From positions 13,392,001-13,456,000 of the forward strand of contig OZ024755.1 in NCBI GenBank assembly GCA_964016885.1: a DNA stretch of 64,000 nucleotides, written 5' to 3'. A program made the translations under genes and the position numbers. The notes beneath the pieces were generated by a model. The model saw only the letters and a list, made by a program, of their open reading frames with translations, ran no database searches and was not told where the DNA came from. Numbering within the stretch: the first letter of the stretch is position 1; every line of letters starts with the position of its first letter. Below are positions 11,735 to 24,219 of this stretch, in pieces. This stretch comes from Eledone cirrhosa (lineage: Eukaryota).

Positions 11735-13035
11735 AACTTATATATAGAAACGGAATGAGAGTAAGGTAACACACGGAATATAGTTGGAGGCGTGTTATCT
11801 AGCTTTCATTCCGCTTCTATATTTTTAAAAAACAAACAAACAAAATTTTAGCTATAAGTTTGACTAATTTACAGATAATTATTGCGGTTCCGCGTGGCGA
11901 CACGGGTAGCGGTTCGGACTTCTTCGTCTACTTATGTATGGCGTGGCCATTCTGTGTCGGAAGATCGAATCGAGGGCACGCAGCCTGAACTATTTGCAGT
12001 TTGCTATATGCTGGACCGCTCAAGCAATAATTTTTGCTCTTCCTTTATTTAGAGTTACTTCCTCTTTATGGAACTCTTTTTTTTTTCGAATGACTTCCGG
12101 TTCTTTGAAAAATATTCATTTTGGATATTACTTTCCCCGTGTATGGAGGTATGTAATGTTTTCTTTGTTCTACACTCGAACTATCTTACATTTTATTAAA
12201 TACACACTTTATGCCAATAACTCTCACACTTTGGATATTGTGTTCCTGTGAAGAGGTATTTTATGTGGCTTTCTGGAACATCTTCACCCTCTCGACACAT
12301 GTTTTCTTTTAAATTAAATAAAAAAACAAACTACACATACAAATAGTGTTACCTCTTCTAAGAAACTAAACTAAGCCATCTCGACACTATATACATACTT
12401 TCTAAGAAATATAACTCAAATTTCTTTCTATAAACATCATTCTGTAGATCTTTCTTTATTGAATACATAGTAAACCTTGTCAACACTAGCAGATACGTTT
12501 TACTATCTTCTCTTTTTAGAGACATTCATATAAAGCTATATACTGTCTACTAAGAAAAATATATAAACCTTCTCTATACAGGAATATACCTTTCCTTCTA
12601 AGAAACCTCTATATACAGCTACATTTTTATTATCTTTATTTCTTTCACACCCAATGAAGAATGGCAGCTTCTTTTCTCGCACGCATGTGTTCTCTTGAAC
12701 GTAGAAAGAAACCTTTTGTTGTCCAACTAATTTCTACTGTGTGATTTGGAGCAACGTGAAATAAAGTGTCTTGCTCAAGAACACAACGCAAAGTCCGGTC
12801 TGAGAATCGAACTCACGATTGTAAAGCTCGACTACTTAAGTTTTGAACGAATTTATTTTAGATTTCATCGTAATCAAAGATTAACTGTTGATCGGTGTTA
12901 ACTAGATCGATATCACTTTAACCTACGTAACAGAACCATTTACATTCTTAGTTTCTTACGATTCTTTGTTCCTTTTCAACACTTAACTGTTGATCGGTGT
13001 TAACTAGATCGATATCACTTTAACCTACGTAACAT
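11735..13035 (+). repeat. Complex repeat unit, middle segment (direct copy at ~24668-25800; partial inverted copy at ~27000-27350; deleted copy at ~5690-5995)
   Basis: tatatagaaacggaatgagagtaaggtaacacacgg... and about 1.2 kb downstream align with 24670 onward; includes a SINE fragment at ~12745-12830. Confidence 0.88.
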
Positions 13036-14203
13036 CATCATCATCATCACCGTTTTACGTCCGTTCTTCCATGCTAGCATGGGTTAGACGGGTTGTCCTG
13101 TTGTGGGCAGTGTATGGTCGGCTGACCATGCCTTGCTCATACAGGAACTGATTTTGGCTTGATTTCTACTGCTGGATGCCCTTCCTAACACCAACTTCAT
13201 TTACAGTGAGTGCTGGGTGCTTTTTTGCCGCTGGCATCTCCACGACCACTTTGCAGTGGGAGGGTGTGGGGGCATATTGTCTATATGCTTCAGCTTGTAC
13301 CCATGGGAGGTCGGGTACTCTGTATTACTGCGTGACGCCAGAGGTCAAGGTCGTGTGTCATCGCCTTTGAGAGGTGTAATTGGGTAAGGTCGGCTTTTAT
13401 CACCTCAATCCAGGTCTTCTTGGGTCTACCCACTCCGCGGTTTCCATCGACTTCTAGTGCTCCGCACCTTTTTATGCAGCTGTCATCCCCTCATACGTAT
13501 CACATGTCCATACCAACGCATCCGCCCCTCCTGCACACAACATTTGATTCCTCTTATGCTCAGTCTCTCTCTCAATTCATTTATGCTTTGTCGTTCGCGT
13601 ATATTACTATTACACATCCATCGGAGCATGCAGGCTTCGTTTCTCTCTAATCTACGTAAGTCTTCCACCTTCAGCGCCCAGGTCTAACTACCATGTAACA
13701 TTGCTCTTCGGATACACGCATCATACAGTCTGCCTTTCATTTTGAGGGAGAAGCCTTTTGCAGCTAGCAGTGGCAGTAGCTCCCTGAACTTCTTCCATCC
13801 CGTTCTTACCCTAGTCATTGTACTTTCTGAACACCCACCTCCGCTGCTAATTCGGTCACTAGGTAGCAGAAGCTGTCTACTGTTTCTACAGAGCTCTCCC
13901 AGAGATTGGTGGTACTTGTTTCCTGTTTGCTGCTTGCTGTCCCAGCACAGCTGCTGCATGTGAAGCCTACATTCTTAATTAAGCTTCCTGAGATCCCGCT
14001 ACATCTCTTATGTACCCATTGTTTGAATTTGGGGCAGAGAATGGAGTTCCTACCTACACCTTTCCTACATACTGAGCAAGGCCATTTCCCTGAGGAGATC
14101 TGGGTTCTGTTTTCTTGTCCTTACAAGGTCCTTAGTCTTTGTCATGTTGACTTTGAGACCCTTTCTTTCTAGTCCCTGCTTCCAAGTTTGGAATTTCTTC
14201 TCT
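13036..14203 (-). mobile_element. RTE LINE, second subfamily, 5'-truncated and decayed
   Basis: Frameshifted RT C-terminus (RVRTGWKKFRELLPLL, LERNEACMLRWMC). TSD gtaacat at ~13029-13035 and 14204-14210; empty site cgtaacatagaacc in the 25.7-25.8 kb paralogue. Confidence 0.9.
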
Positions 14204-14272
14204 GTAACATAGAACCATTTACATTCTTAGTTTCTTCATTTACTTTCTTTGTTCCTTTTCAACACTTCATTA

Positions 14273-14545
14273 ACATTCTTAGTTTCCTCTAATTAAATGT
14301 ATATATAATTGTTTCTGCATTTGGCACAAGGCCATCAAATTACCCAGTAGATTACTGGTACTTTATTTTATCGACCCCGTAAGGGTGATGGCAAAGTTAA
14401 CCTCGATCTCAGTTCGAATCCCGTCGAGATTAACTTTGCCTTTCATCCTTACGGGGTCGATAAAATAAAGTGCCAGTAATTGCTAGCCTTGTGCCAAATG
14501 TAGAAACAATTATATATACATTTAAATAGAGGAAACTAAGAATGT
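14273..14545. repeat. Foldback: SINE 3' half plus flank duplicated head-to-head
   Basis: cattcttagtttcctc..ttggcacaagg..tcgaccccgtaagg..gcaaagtt followed by its reverse complement. Confidence 0.88.
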
Positions 14546-14935
14546 ATATATAATAAAAATAAAATTGGATGAATTTTATCAAGTTTAATATTCTTTTTAT
14601 TGATAACGTATGTTCATTTCTTTTACAGATGTCCAGCCTTCAAGTTCATATCCTCTGCTGTCTGCCGTATCAAGTGGGAATGGCGTAGTTTCTGTTAATC
14701 AAGAAAGTTTTCATTTTATTGTATTTTGACAAAAATGAATAAAGACAGTTTACATATTATATACGAATTGTGTTCATTTTACTTTAACAAAAATGAATAA
14801 AGAAATCAAGTCCACAAGAAACTGAGTAAGACGTACTAAAAATAACGTAAGTGTATGAAGTTTCAAAATAAAGAAACTAAAAATGTCTTTGAAAATGTCG
14901 AAAAAAAAACCTATATGAAACGGGACGCCATTTTG

Positions 14936-15038
14936 TTTTTTTTTTATTTCTCCACTTTAGAGGCATCAGATACTCATGCATGGTTAAAGGCATGGAGTGA
15001 GGAACTGATGCCTCTAAAGTGGAGAAATAAAAAAAAAA
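14936..15038. repeat. Hairpin: ~34-bp perfect arms, 35-nt loop
   Basis: (t)n atttctccactttagaggcatcag | 14970-15004 | ctgatgcctctaaagtggagaaat (a)n. Confidence 0.93.
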
Positions 15039-16424
15039 ATTAACGGGGGGCCCCCTCTGTGATGGAAATTTAAAAAAAAATTTTGAATAGTTGCTGCCCT
15101 TACTTTTTACAAAGAGAAGTCATTAGAAGCCATTTATTAGGCTAATTTTTTTCATTTTCATTGTCAAATTCGTACACAATATGTAGAATTTTTTATATTT
15201 TTTCTCGTAAATAATCACAACTCGTAAATAATGTGCAAAGATTCTTTTATTAACAAAATCTTTTTTCATACAATTTGTAAATAATATGTAAACATTTTTT
15301 TTTATTAACAGACACTTCATCACTATTCAGGAAACTTCGACTTGTAAAATCTTTCCCTCAGTGGTTACGGCAAACAACAGAGCAGGTTGACCGAGAAGGC
15401 CGGACATCTGTAAGAAAAATGAAATAAGAAAAACTATGAAAATCATTTACATACGTTGTCAATAAAAAAAAATGTTAAACTTCATCAAATTCTTCCAGTT
15501 TTGTCTTATATTATGTACATAAATATAAAGATATATATTTAAATACTTACGTTGCCAATTAAACAAGGGTGTGAGGACCACATAATGATCTGTCGGTTGT
15601 GAAGTTACGGATTTTCATAAACAAAAACCAAATGAATATGACCTCGGATTATTTTTATTGATATACATATATAGCGAATCGAATGGTTGGTTGTGTTGTG
15701 GCGTTGATTCATTTATTGTGTGTGTGCTCACTTGTAGATTGCTGAGTGTTGTTGTCACTATTGTGGGAGTGTAGGCTAGAGAAATTCGATGTGCCTGATA
15801 TAGTGTGGCCAGAGATTGCGTGTGTGCAAGTAAGTATCAGTGTTGATGATGATGATGATCACGTAGGAAATTATATATATATATATATACAGTGTGACCA
15901 GAGATTGCGGGGGTGTAAGTAAATAACAGTGTTATAAAGATGAAATGTATGTTTTCGAAAGTGTCAAAAATAAATGAAATGCGTGTTCATTATCATCATG
16001 ATATGTTGGTTCCTTGATCACACGGGAAATGAAATATATAAAACAAATGACGATATCACAAAGCCGGTATGTTACTAATTTATTAAATATAATTTACACC
16101 GAAGTTATGTGAAAATACACGAGGAAGAAAGAAATGAACATCGATGAATCGTGTGACGTTTTTTGTTAAGATGTCTTTCTAAAAGTATTATTAAAGTTGT
16201 ATTTACTATATTTCTGTTGATCTAAAGAACTTCGGTCGAAAGAGAGAGTAGGACCCAACGAGTTTGTACTTTTTAAATCTGTATTGGTATCCCCCTCCTA
16301 TGGGAAGAGACGAAGAGGATGTCCCAAGATGAACTAGTGCCAGACAAAAAAAATCTATGTTAAACTTTATTTCATTAAATTGTGTGCATCACAAACACAT
16401 GCATATATATATAGACAGGATCCA

Positions 16425-16556
16425 ATACTTCATTCGTTTAACGAGTGGGGTAGAGCTCGTCAAATCGAACCGAGGAAACAATGTTTCCATTGCTCTTTTC
16501 AATTGCTAATAGTATCTGTCGCAAATCTAGACAAGGAGCAGCGTGAAATAAAGTGT
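16425..16556 (-). mobile_element. SINE body/3' fragment (family of 30285-30495; further + copy ~17748-17850)
   Basis: Reverse complement of acactttatttcacgttgct...ggaaacattgtttcctcggtccgatttgacg. Confidence 0.75.
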
Positions 16557-17074
16557 ATATATATCTTTTGTAATATCACATATCTGACGAGCAGATCGAT
16601 ACTGGAGTCGGGTCCATAACTCCTATGGGTTACCTTCAGCCAATCATCTGTGAAACGCGCGTACCAGGTCGATATGTAATAAATATTTTTCATATGTAAA
16701 CGAAACTTGCTCGTTTTTTTCTATTATATATATATATATATACTGAAATATGTAGGGAGGTGTTGTATTATATTAGAAATACATTAACACGGGAGAAGGG
16801 TTGCAATAGCTAAACAAAACTATCGTTTAATTATGTCTCACGACGTGGGAGTTTTAAGTCTAATCTGTCTCACATGACTCCCAAACGAGAGACATGATAA
16901 TCCAAAGGGAAATAAAAATTAAAAGTTAGTTGGAATAAAATAAAGATATACTTTACCTTCGTAAAAATCCAAGATTTTAACGTTTATTTTTTCTACAGGT
17001 TTGAAAGCATGTTTAAAAGTTAAGCAGAGAGAAGGAGAGAGAGAGAGAGACCCAAAGGGTCTGTTCCGTGTAAA

Positions 17075-17620
17075 TCTGTATTGGTACCCCGCCTCCCAAG
17101 ATTGTAGATGAAGTGTCTAAATAAGAAACTATATCTATTTGTCTATCTGCCTGTCTATCTCACACGACTCCCCCAAATGCGATTCATCAGGTCCTGTATT
17201 GACACCCACTCCTGTGAAAAGAGACGAAGAGGACGAACCAAAGCTTCTGTATTGATACCCCTTCATATGGAAAGAAACGAAGAGGATGTCCCAAGATGAA
17301 CTGGCAACAGATAATCGACAGGGACCTGAAAGCCGTCAACAAAACAGAAGTTGGAACGATGTATTGATAGATGTAATTGACCATGATGGTCGCTGGAGCA
17401 CTTTGGTTGCCTCATGTGTCTCAAGATGAGGGAGTTTCAAAGTCTAATCTATCTGTAGGCCTGCCTGTCCGTCAATCTATCTCACATGACTTCCAAGTGA
17501 AAGACATGTTAATCAGGTCCTGTATTGATACCCACCCCCATGGAAAGAAACGAAGAGGACCTCACAAGATGATCTGGCGCCAGATAATCGACAGAGACCT
17601 GAAACCTCTCAACAAAAGTG
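17075..17620 (+). repeat. Locally amplified fragments of an RTE ORF C-terminus
   Basis: ctgtattgataccc..gaaacgaagagga..caagatga.ctggc..cagataatcgacag.gacctgaaa occurs several times (also 16278-16345); translates like GKKRRG.PK..W.QIIDRDLK. Confidence 0.6.
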
Positions 17621-18017
17621 TGAACGATATATATATATATATATATATAACTACTGTGTTATAATGTATATATACACTATACTATAATGTATGTATATAT
17701 ATATACACACTATTATAATGTATATATAAACTGTACTATAATATATACAGGAGTTGCGATCGGTAGATAATATCAGCAATAGAAAAACCAATGGAAACAT
17801 TGTTTCCTCGGTCCAATTTGACGAGCTCCACCCCACTCGACAAGCGAATGAGGTCCGGGCTCTTGTTGATCGATCAGAGAAAGACATACAATTGAATTAC
17901 GTCTGTAGATCATTATATTTTGGGGAAATGCTGTGCACTATAATAAATATTGCCTGTACAGGTAATGAAAGTGTGTATACATTTTTCTGGGACATCACGT
18001 ATATGTATGTATATATG

Positions 18018-18336
18018 CAGGGTAATCACAAAAACACTCACTGCAAAGAGTCCGGAGTTAGCTTTGCCTTTCATTCTTACGGAGTCGATCAAATAAAGGG
18101 ATAATTGCTGTCCTTGTGCCAAGAGTAGAAACAACTATTGCATTGATTTTTGCCGACCAACAAAAGAGGCAGACATCGAGTGTCTGATATCAACCACTAC
18201 CACATGTGATATCAACCAACACCACATGAAACTTTGTTAGTTTATGCAACTGTAGCCACCAATATTGTAAGAATATTCATTTAAGTTTTCATATTATAAG
18301 TATTTGAAATCAAGGAGTGTTTTTGTGGTCGCCCTG
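18018..18336. mobile_element. Tc1/mariner-type MITE containing a SINE fragment (~18048-18140)
   Basis: Imperfect TIRs cagggtaatcacaaaaacactc / gagtgtttttgtggtcgccctg; TA on the right, TG on the left. Confidence 0.72.
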
Positions 18337-18789
18337 TATATACACGAGGAGGGGTAGCAATGGCTAAACAAAAGTATCGTTTAATTAGTTATTGGCGACA
18401 TTATGGAGGGAAATAAATATACAATATTTCAATAAAAGACTTCAATATAAAATAAAGATTTACTTTACCTTCGTAAAAATGGTAAAAATCCAAGTTTTTA
18501 ACGTTTATTTTTTCTACAGGTTGGAAAATACGCCTAAAATTTAAGCAGCTATTTTTTTCTGAAATATTTACAACAATCGCGCATGCGCACAAAATTAAAC
18601 GTCAGTACGCATGTGCATAGAACTTTTCAACATGAACGTATCCACACCTATAAAAACCGAAAATAAGTGTAAAATTACATACACATGTACACCAGGTCCG
18701 AACACAGAGGAACCAAACACCCACTGTCATCGCCTTCCCTATCTCTCACTATTATGAGCAAACGGGGTCCCACGTGCTAGCCATCCCGT

Positions 18790-19190
18790 GGACAGAATAG
18801 AGAAGGTGTTTCCCTGGAGGATGGTAAGGGAGATGCGTTGGAAGAGCCATTCCATCTCGGGAGGCTCAACATGCGGCTAGCAAGTGCTCAACTGCAAACC
18901 TGTCGGAGAGTGACCGATATTTGGAGAGTTTACCCTCCTCAGCTTGAAATGCAGCAGAGCCTGGGTTAGTCGCAGACTGCACCAGGTTGCCATTGGAGAT
19001 TGTGTCACTGCATGTGGCATCCCAGACAAGAGTTTTACCACCAAAGAACAGGAAGATGGGGATGGCGTATGGCCTTTTGCCAGCTCAAGCTAGGAGGGAA
19101 AGCCTGCAGCATCCAAGCGATGCTTGATGACCTCGTTGAGAGCAGCATGGCGTGGCAGGGGACCGGCACTGTAGTAATGGAAAGCGACAT
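18790..19190 (-). pseudogene. CRE-clade-like non-LTR retrotransposon, RLE C-terminal relic
   Basis: Minus-strand frames read RHAALNEVIKHRLDAAGFP, KRP...GKTLVWDATCSDT, GSAAFQAEEGKLSKY, WLFQRISLTILQGN, matching the CRE-type RLE pattern. Confidence 0.8.
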
Positions 19191-19663
19191 TTGTAAGATG
19201 GGGTGTTGCTATCCAAGGTTGTAAAACTTGATGTTGGATATCTCCTCAGCTGCCACTCAGATACAAGTGTCAAGGTCAGCAAGGAGAGATGCGTAAATAT
19301 AGCAAGGAGCACTACGAAGTGTGTAGAGGAGCCTCAGCATGGTAAAGCAGTTCCTCAACAGGAAGATGGATGGGCGTCAATCATGCCCAGTCTGCTCGTG
19401 AGCTGCTGGAGCCTAGACCTGATGGTGGAGTGGATGGCCGGTGGGAAGATGAGGACATCATTTTAAGTCCGCTTATCAGTGCTTGCAAGTGTGGGACGGG
19501 TCCTCTTCAGCATCTGTATAGTCGTCACGGTCGATATATATTATAAATATATATACATTCTATATATATTTAATAAATATTTGCTCTACGGTTCTTATAT
19601 ATTTGATATATATTTATCCTTATCGAGCCCTCTTTGGATTTTAGTCTTCAAATTTATTATTAT

Positions 19664-19712
<49 letters not shown>

Positions 19713-19958
19713 AAAATGTTTAACCCCGACAGTTATTTCTGGACTATATATATATGATTTTATCATTGATTTTGTTTGACCTGTTTAGCTTGACTTGTTT
19801 TTTGGTGGTTAATGCCTTCTTGACCACTTTTTCAGTTTGTATGGCGTTGTTTAGCTCTGGTTTTTTAACTATGGAGCGCTTGCCAGATTAACTGATTTTG
19901 CGGTTCGTTTCGCTTTTCCTACCCGCCGAAATGCGATTCTCGCTGAATTTATAATTAT

Positions 19959-22900
19959 CATCATCATCATCGCTTAACGTCCATCTTCCACGCTTGCATG
20001 GGTTTGAACGGGAATTTTCCCACTTGAGGCAAGATTGGTTGTCTGGCTCGTATAGGACTGTCTGGCGGGTTTTCTACGACTGGATGCCCTTCCTAACACC
20101 AACCACGTTTACAGTGTGTACTGGGAGGTTCTTACCGTGTTACCTACACGGCCACATTACAGCGTGGACTGTGTTTTTTTTTTCGTGACACCTACACGAC
20201 CTCATTCATTTCGGACTGGATGTTGTGGTACCAACATAACTTTACATCGAAAGGTGTGGTGTGGATGGGGTGGGGGTGGTGGGACTGGGGTGTATTTTTG
20301 TTAGAGGTGCCTACTGACTGTAGGTTTCGCTTTGTACTTAGGCAAGGCAGGTCTTCTGTATTACTGTGTAGCGCCAAAGATCTCGGTCCAGTGACATTGT
20401 CTTGGAGAGGTGTAAGTGTGTGAGGTCGGAATTAATCAAGTCGTCCCAGGTTTTTCTGGGTCTGCCTACTCCGTGGCTACCGTCTATTTTTATTGCCCTG
20501 CACTTTTTTAAACAGCTGTTGTCTTTCATGTGCATCACGTGACCATACCAACGTAGTCTTCTCTCGAGTAAACAACATCCTCTTATTCCTAATTTCTCTC
20601 TTAGTTCATTTATACTTTGCGTATATCCTCTGCACACAATGCCCAAGTCTCTCTGCCATGTAACATTGCTGTTCGTATACAGGCATCATACAGCCTGCCT
20701 TTCATTTTTAGAGAGAACCCTTTAGTGGCCAATAGTAGTATAAGCTCTCTGAACTTTTTCCATCCCATTCTGACTCTAGCTACTGTACTTTCAGAGCACC
20801 CTCCACCACTGCTGATTTTGTCACCCAGGTAACGGAAGGTGTCCGCTATTTCTATAGAACCATCTGGAATGAGCTAGTATTCTGTGGGCACTTGCTGCTA
20901 CTTATTGCACCTGAGCACCGGCCACATATAAAATCTATATTCTTAGCTTACCTGTGATCCCACTACATCTTTTATGCACCCATACTTTGCATTTGGGACA
21001 TAAAATGGAGTTTCTGCCTACTCCTTTCCTACACACTGAGCATGGCCATTTCCCAGATGAGACCAGTGCCCTATTTTCCTTCCTACAAACTAGAACTTTA
21101 GTCTTAGACAGGTTAATTTTAAGGCCTTTTGATTCTAAGCCATGCTTCCATGTTTGGAATTTCTTCTCTAGTTCGGCCATTGATTCAGCTATGAGCGTTA
21201 GATCATCTGCGTATAGGAGTTCCCATGGGCAGCCGGTCTTGAACTCCTCTGTTATAGCCTGAAGGGCAATAATAAATAGGAGGGGGCTAAGGACGGAGCC
21301 CTGATGAACACCGACTTTTACGCTAAACTCTTCACTATATTCGTTGTTAATTCTAACCTTGCTGACTGTTTCTTTATACATGCTTGTATAGCTCTCACAA
21401 GCCATTCATCAACACCTAGTTTTCTAAGGGCGTACCAGATAATCGAGCGGGGTACTCTGTCAAAGGCTTTCTCCAAGTCAACAAAAGCTAAGTATAGGGG
21501 TTTACTTTTAGCTAGGTACTTCTGTAGTTGTCGTACAATGAAAAGAGCGTCTGTAGTACTTTTACCTGACACAAACCCGAACTGCATTTCATCTAGATCA
21601 ATTACTGATTAGTTGCACTATTACTTTTTCTGTGACCTTCATGACCTGGTCAATTAATTTAATGCCTCTATAGTTTCCCCCATCTAGGGCATCTCCTTTA
21701 CCCTTATATCAGTTAATGATGATGCTGCTACGTCAGTCCTTCGGAACGACCCCATTCTGTATGACTTGGTTTACTATCCGGGTGACCATAATGTTCAGCA
21801 TTTCAGCAACTATTTCCGAAGGCCCAGCTGCCTTGCCTGTCTTCATATCTTTGATCGCCTTACTTATTATACTATCTTCAACTTGCACTGCTGGTCTCCT
21901 CTATTGGATCGATGTGGGGGAGACTGTCTTTCTCCCAATTATTCTCCTCATTTAGAAGTAGCCTTGCGTAGTGACACTTCCAAGCTACCTTCTTATCAGC
22001 GTCAGTGATGGCAAGTACACCATCATCATTAAGGACACACTTCTCCCCGACAATATCACGGTTTTCCTTGACACATTACCTAGCAATCCTGAACACGTCA
22101 CGTTTTTGAACATGCTTGAACTTTCTTTCCTCTGCTTCCCTTCTTGCAAAGTACACTCGTCTCCTAGCCACTTGATAGTCTTCTCTACTTCCCCCATCCC
22201 GCCATGCTTTCCAAGCCTGCTTTTTGGCCTTGATTGACCCCTCCACCACCAAGTTACTCTCCTCCTGCCTATAGGTCTGCTCCAGCCACAGATTTCATCT
22301 GTTGCCTTCAGCAGGTTAGCTTTCAGGAATTTCCACTGTTCCTCTATATTGTACGACTCTAATTGCTCTTCCTTACTATCAAAAGCATCAAGTAATATGC
22401 TTTTAAATTTATTACTGGCTGTGGGGTCCTTTAGTTTCCATATTTTTCTCCTGATGATAGTCCTCTTCTGTTGTTGAGTACGTCTCGTCCTGACTATGAG
22501 TCTATGTTGAGAGGTGTATTTTTCATGGGAAGGATTTAGTGTTTACAACAGACACACTGTCACGTCTTCTGGTAAGGATATAATCTACCTGGCTGGTGTG
22601 TTCCTCTGATCTATAGGTGATCAAGTGAGTGTCTCGTTTTTTGAAGTTAGTGTTACAGATAGTTAGGTTATTTGCGTCACAGAATTCCAGGATTCTGGAG
22701 CCTTCCTCATTTCTTGTACCAAACCCATAGCCTCCATGGATTCCGTCATAGCCGTCACAATGTTGTCCAACGTGACCATTTAGGTCGCCAGCGATAACTA
22801 TGTAGTCACTGTCGGTTATTTTGGAGGTAGTGAGCATTAATGTCTCATAGAATCTATCTTTTATAATTCCAGGCAGACCAGATTGTGGTGCATATGCAGA

Positions 22901-23368
22901 TATTATTGTCACAGTAGTTCTATTGAGGGCAAGTCTTATTTTAATTATTCTGTCGTTCACTCTATTTACGTCTATTATCTTATCTGCTAGCATGATTTCT
23001 ACTCCACCCAGCCCATTGTCATTTCCCACCCAGAAAAGCTTATAGCATCGTGTTTTACCCACAATGATTCTAGCAGACCCACTCCTCCACCTGGTCTCTT
23101 GAATACAGCAAACATCGACCTCCTTACGTTCAAGCATTTCTACAACCTCGTTAGAGCGACCTTTTAAGGTACCTACATTCATGGTACCAATTCTGAAGTT
23201 TGGGATTGCGTTTGGAGGGTGGGGCAGATGGGGGATAGGAGAGGAGATGGGGTTATGTTGGCCATCCTCGGCCGAAATAAAGAGGAGGAGTCCTTGCCTT
23301 TTCGTCCGGCAGCATGAGGTGAATTTGTCTTTATCTTTGGCATTGTCACTGAGTGAATATGTATATAT
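19959..23368 (-). mobile_element. Near full-length decayed RTE LINE (APE endonuclease + RT)
   Basis: APE piece 22523-23182 (NVGTL, CCIQET, SAYAPQ, GDLNGHVG, SQVDYIL); frameshifted RT pieces homologous to 9638-11713; (GAT)n tail. Confidence 0.93.
22523..23182 (-). pseudogene. APE endonuclease domain of the RTE
   Basis: Canonical APE motifs; reading frame broken on both sides. Confidence 0.88.
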
Positions 23369-23427
23369 GTCCTACCTTGCAAATGGAAAAAGCAGACCTA
23401 AAATGAAATGATGATGATATATATATA

Positions 23428-23887
23428 TGGTGGCTGACAATTATTGTCACAGAGCTGGGCCCATGGTACCATGTGACGGCAAGTGCAGAGAGATCTCCAG
23501 ATATAAAGAAATGCCTGTGCCGTGAAGCTTTTATAGTGAGCAAAGGCACTGCACAAAGCCAGTCCCTCTCTCTTGACCAAGATGATATTTACCAAAAAGA
23601 AGAACAAGTCAACATCATTGGATACCATCAGGGTTGCAGAATTCTCCTAGAATTCTGCCTTGACAAAAGCTAAGGGGTCATCTCTCCCGGTGATTTTGGA
23701 TGGCCATTGACTCTTAAGAGGTCCTTTGCCCTTTGACAGGTTTTGTTTTTAGTCCTGCAGGATGTCCAAAGTCACCCTCCTCACCAAGAAACCTTGGTGG
23801 GGTTGCCAGTTTAGTCGCCAACGACCCGACCATGAGACAGGTTGTACTGGGATACATGTTACCAGTAGCACAAACTGGTGACCTGAC
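23428..23887 (-). mobile_element. Short non-autonomous retroelement ending cagccacca(TA)n, probably RTE-derived
   Basis: TA-rich repeats on both sides; ~23455-23633 is the reverse complement of ~49708-49880; shares the terminal cagccacca. Confidence 0.7.
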
Positions 23888-23900
23888 ATAAATATATACA

Positions 23901-23934
<34 letters not shown>

Positions 23935-24031
23935 CTGTGTAATATACCTGACATATATATATATATATATATATACATACATACATCTATACTGTGTAAT
24001 TCGCTGTTTTGTTACTATCCCAACTGTACTG

Positions 24032-24090
24032 AAATGAATAGGCTGAAATATAAGGATTCCGAAGGGTTGACCATGTTTTAGTCTCGAGTC

Positions 24091-24146
<56 letters not shown>

Positions 24147-24205
24147 GACTCGAGACTAAAACATGGCCAACCCTTCGGAATCCTTATATTTCAGGCCATT
24201 CATTT
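24032..24205. repeat. Inverted repeat (~62-bp arms) around a (TA)n loop
   Basis: aaatgaat..ctgaaatataaggattccgaagggttg.ccatgttttagtctcgagtccct (TA)n agggactcgagactaaaacatgg.caacccttcggaatccttatatttcag..attcattt. Confidence 0.92.
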
Positions 24206-24219
24206 GATATATATATTCA

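Noticed and set aside
18578-18620. gcgcatgcgc (NRF1-like) promoter motif
   Set aside because: Short motif in a repeat mosaic with no associated gene.
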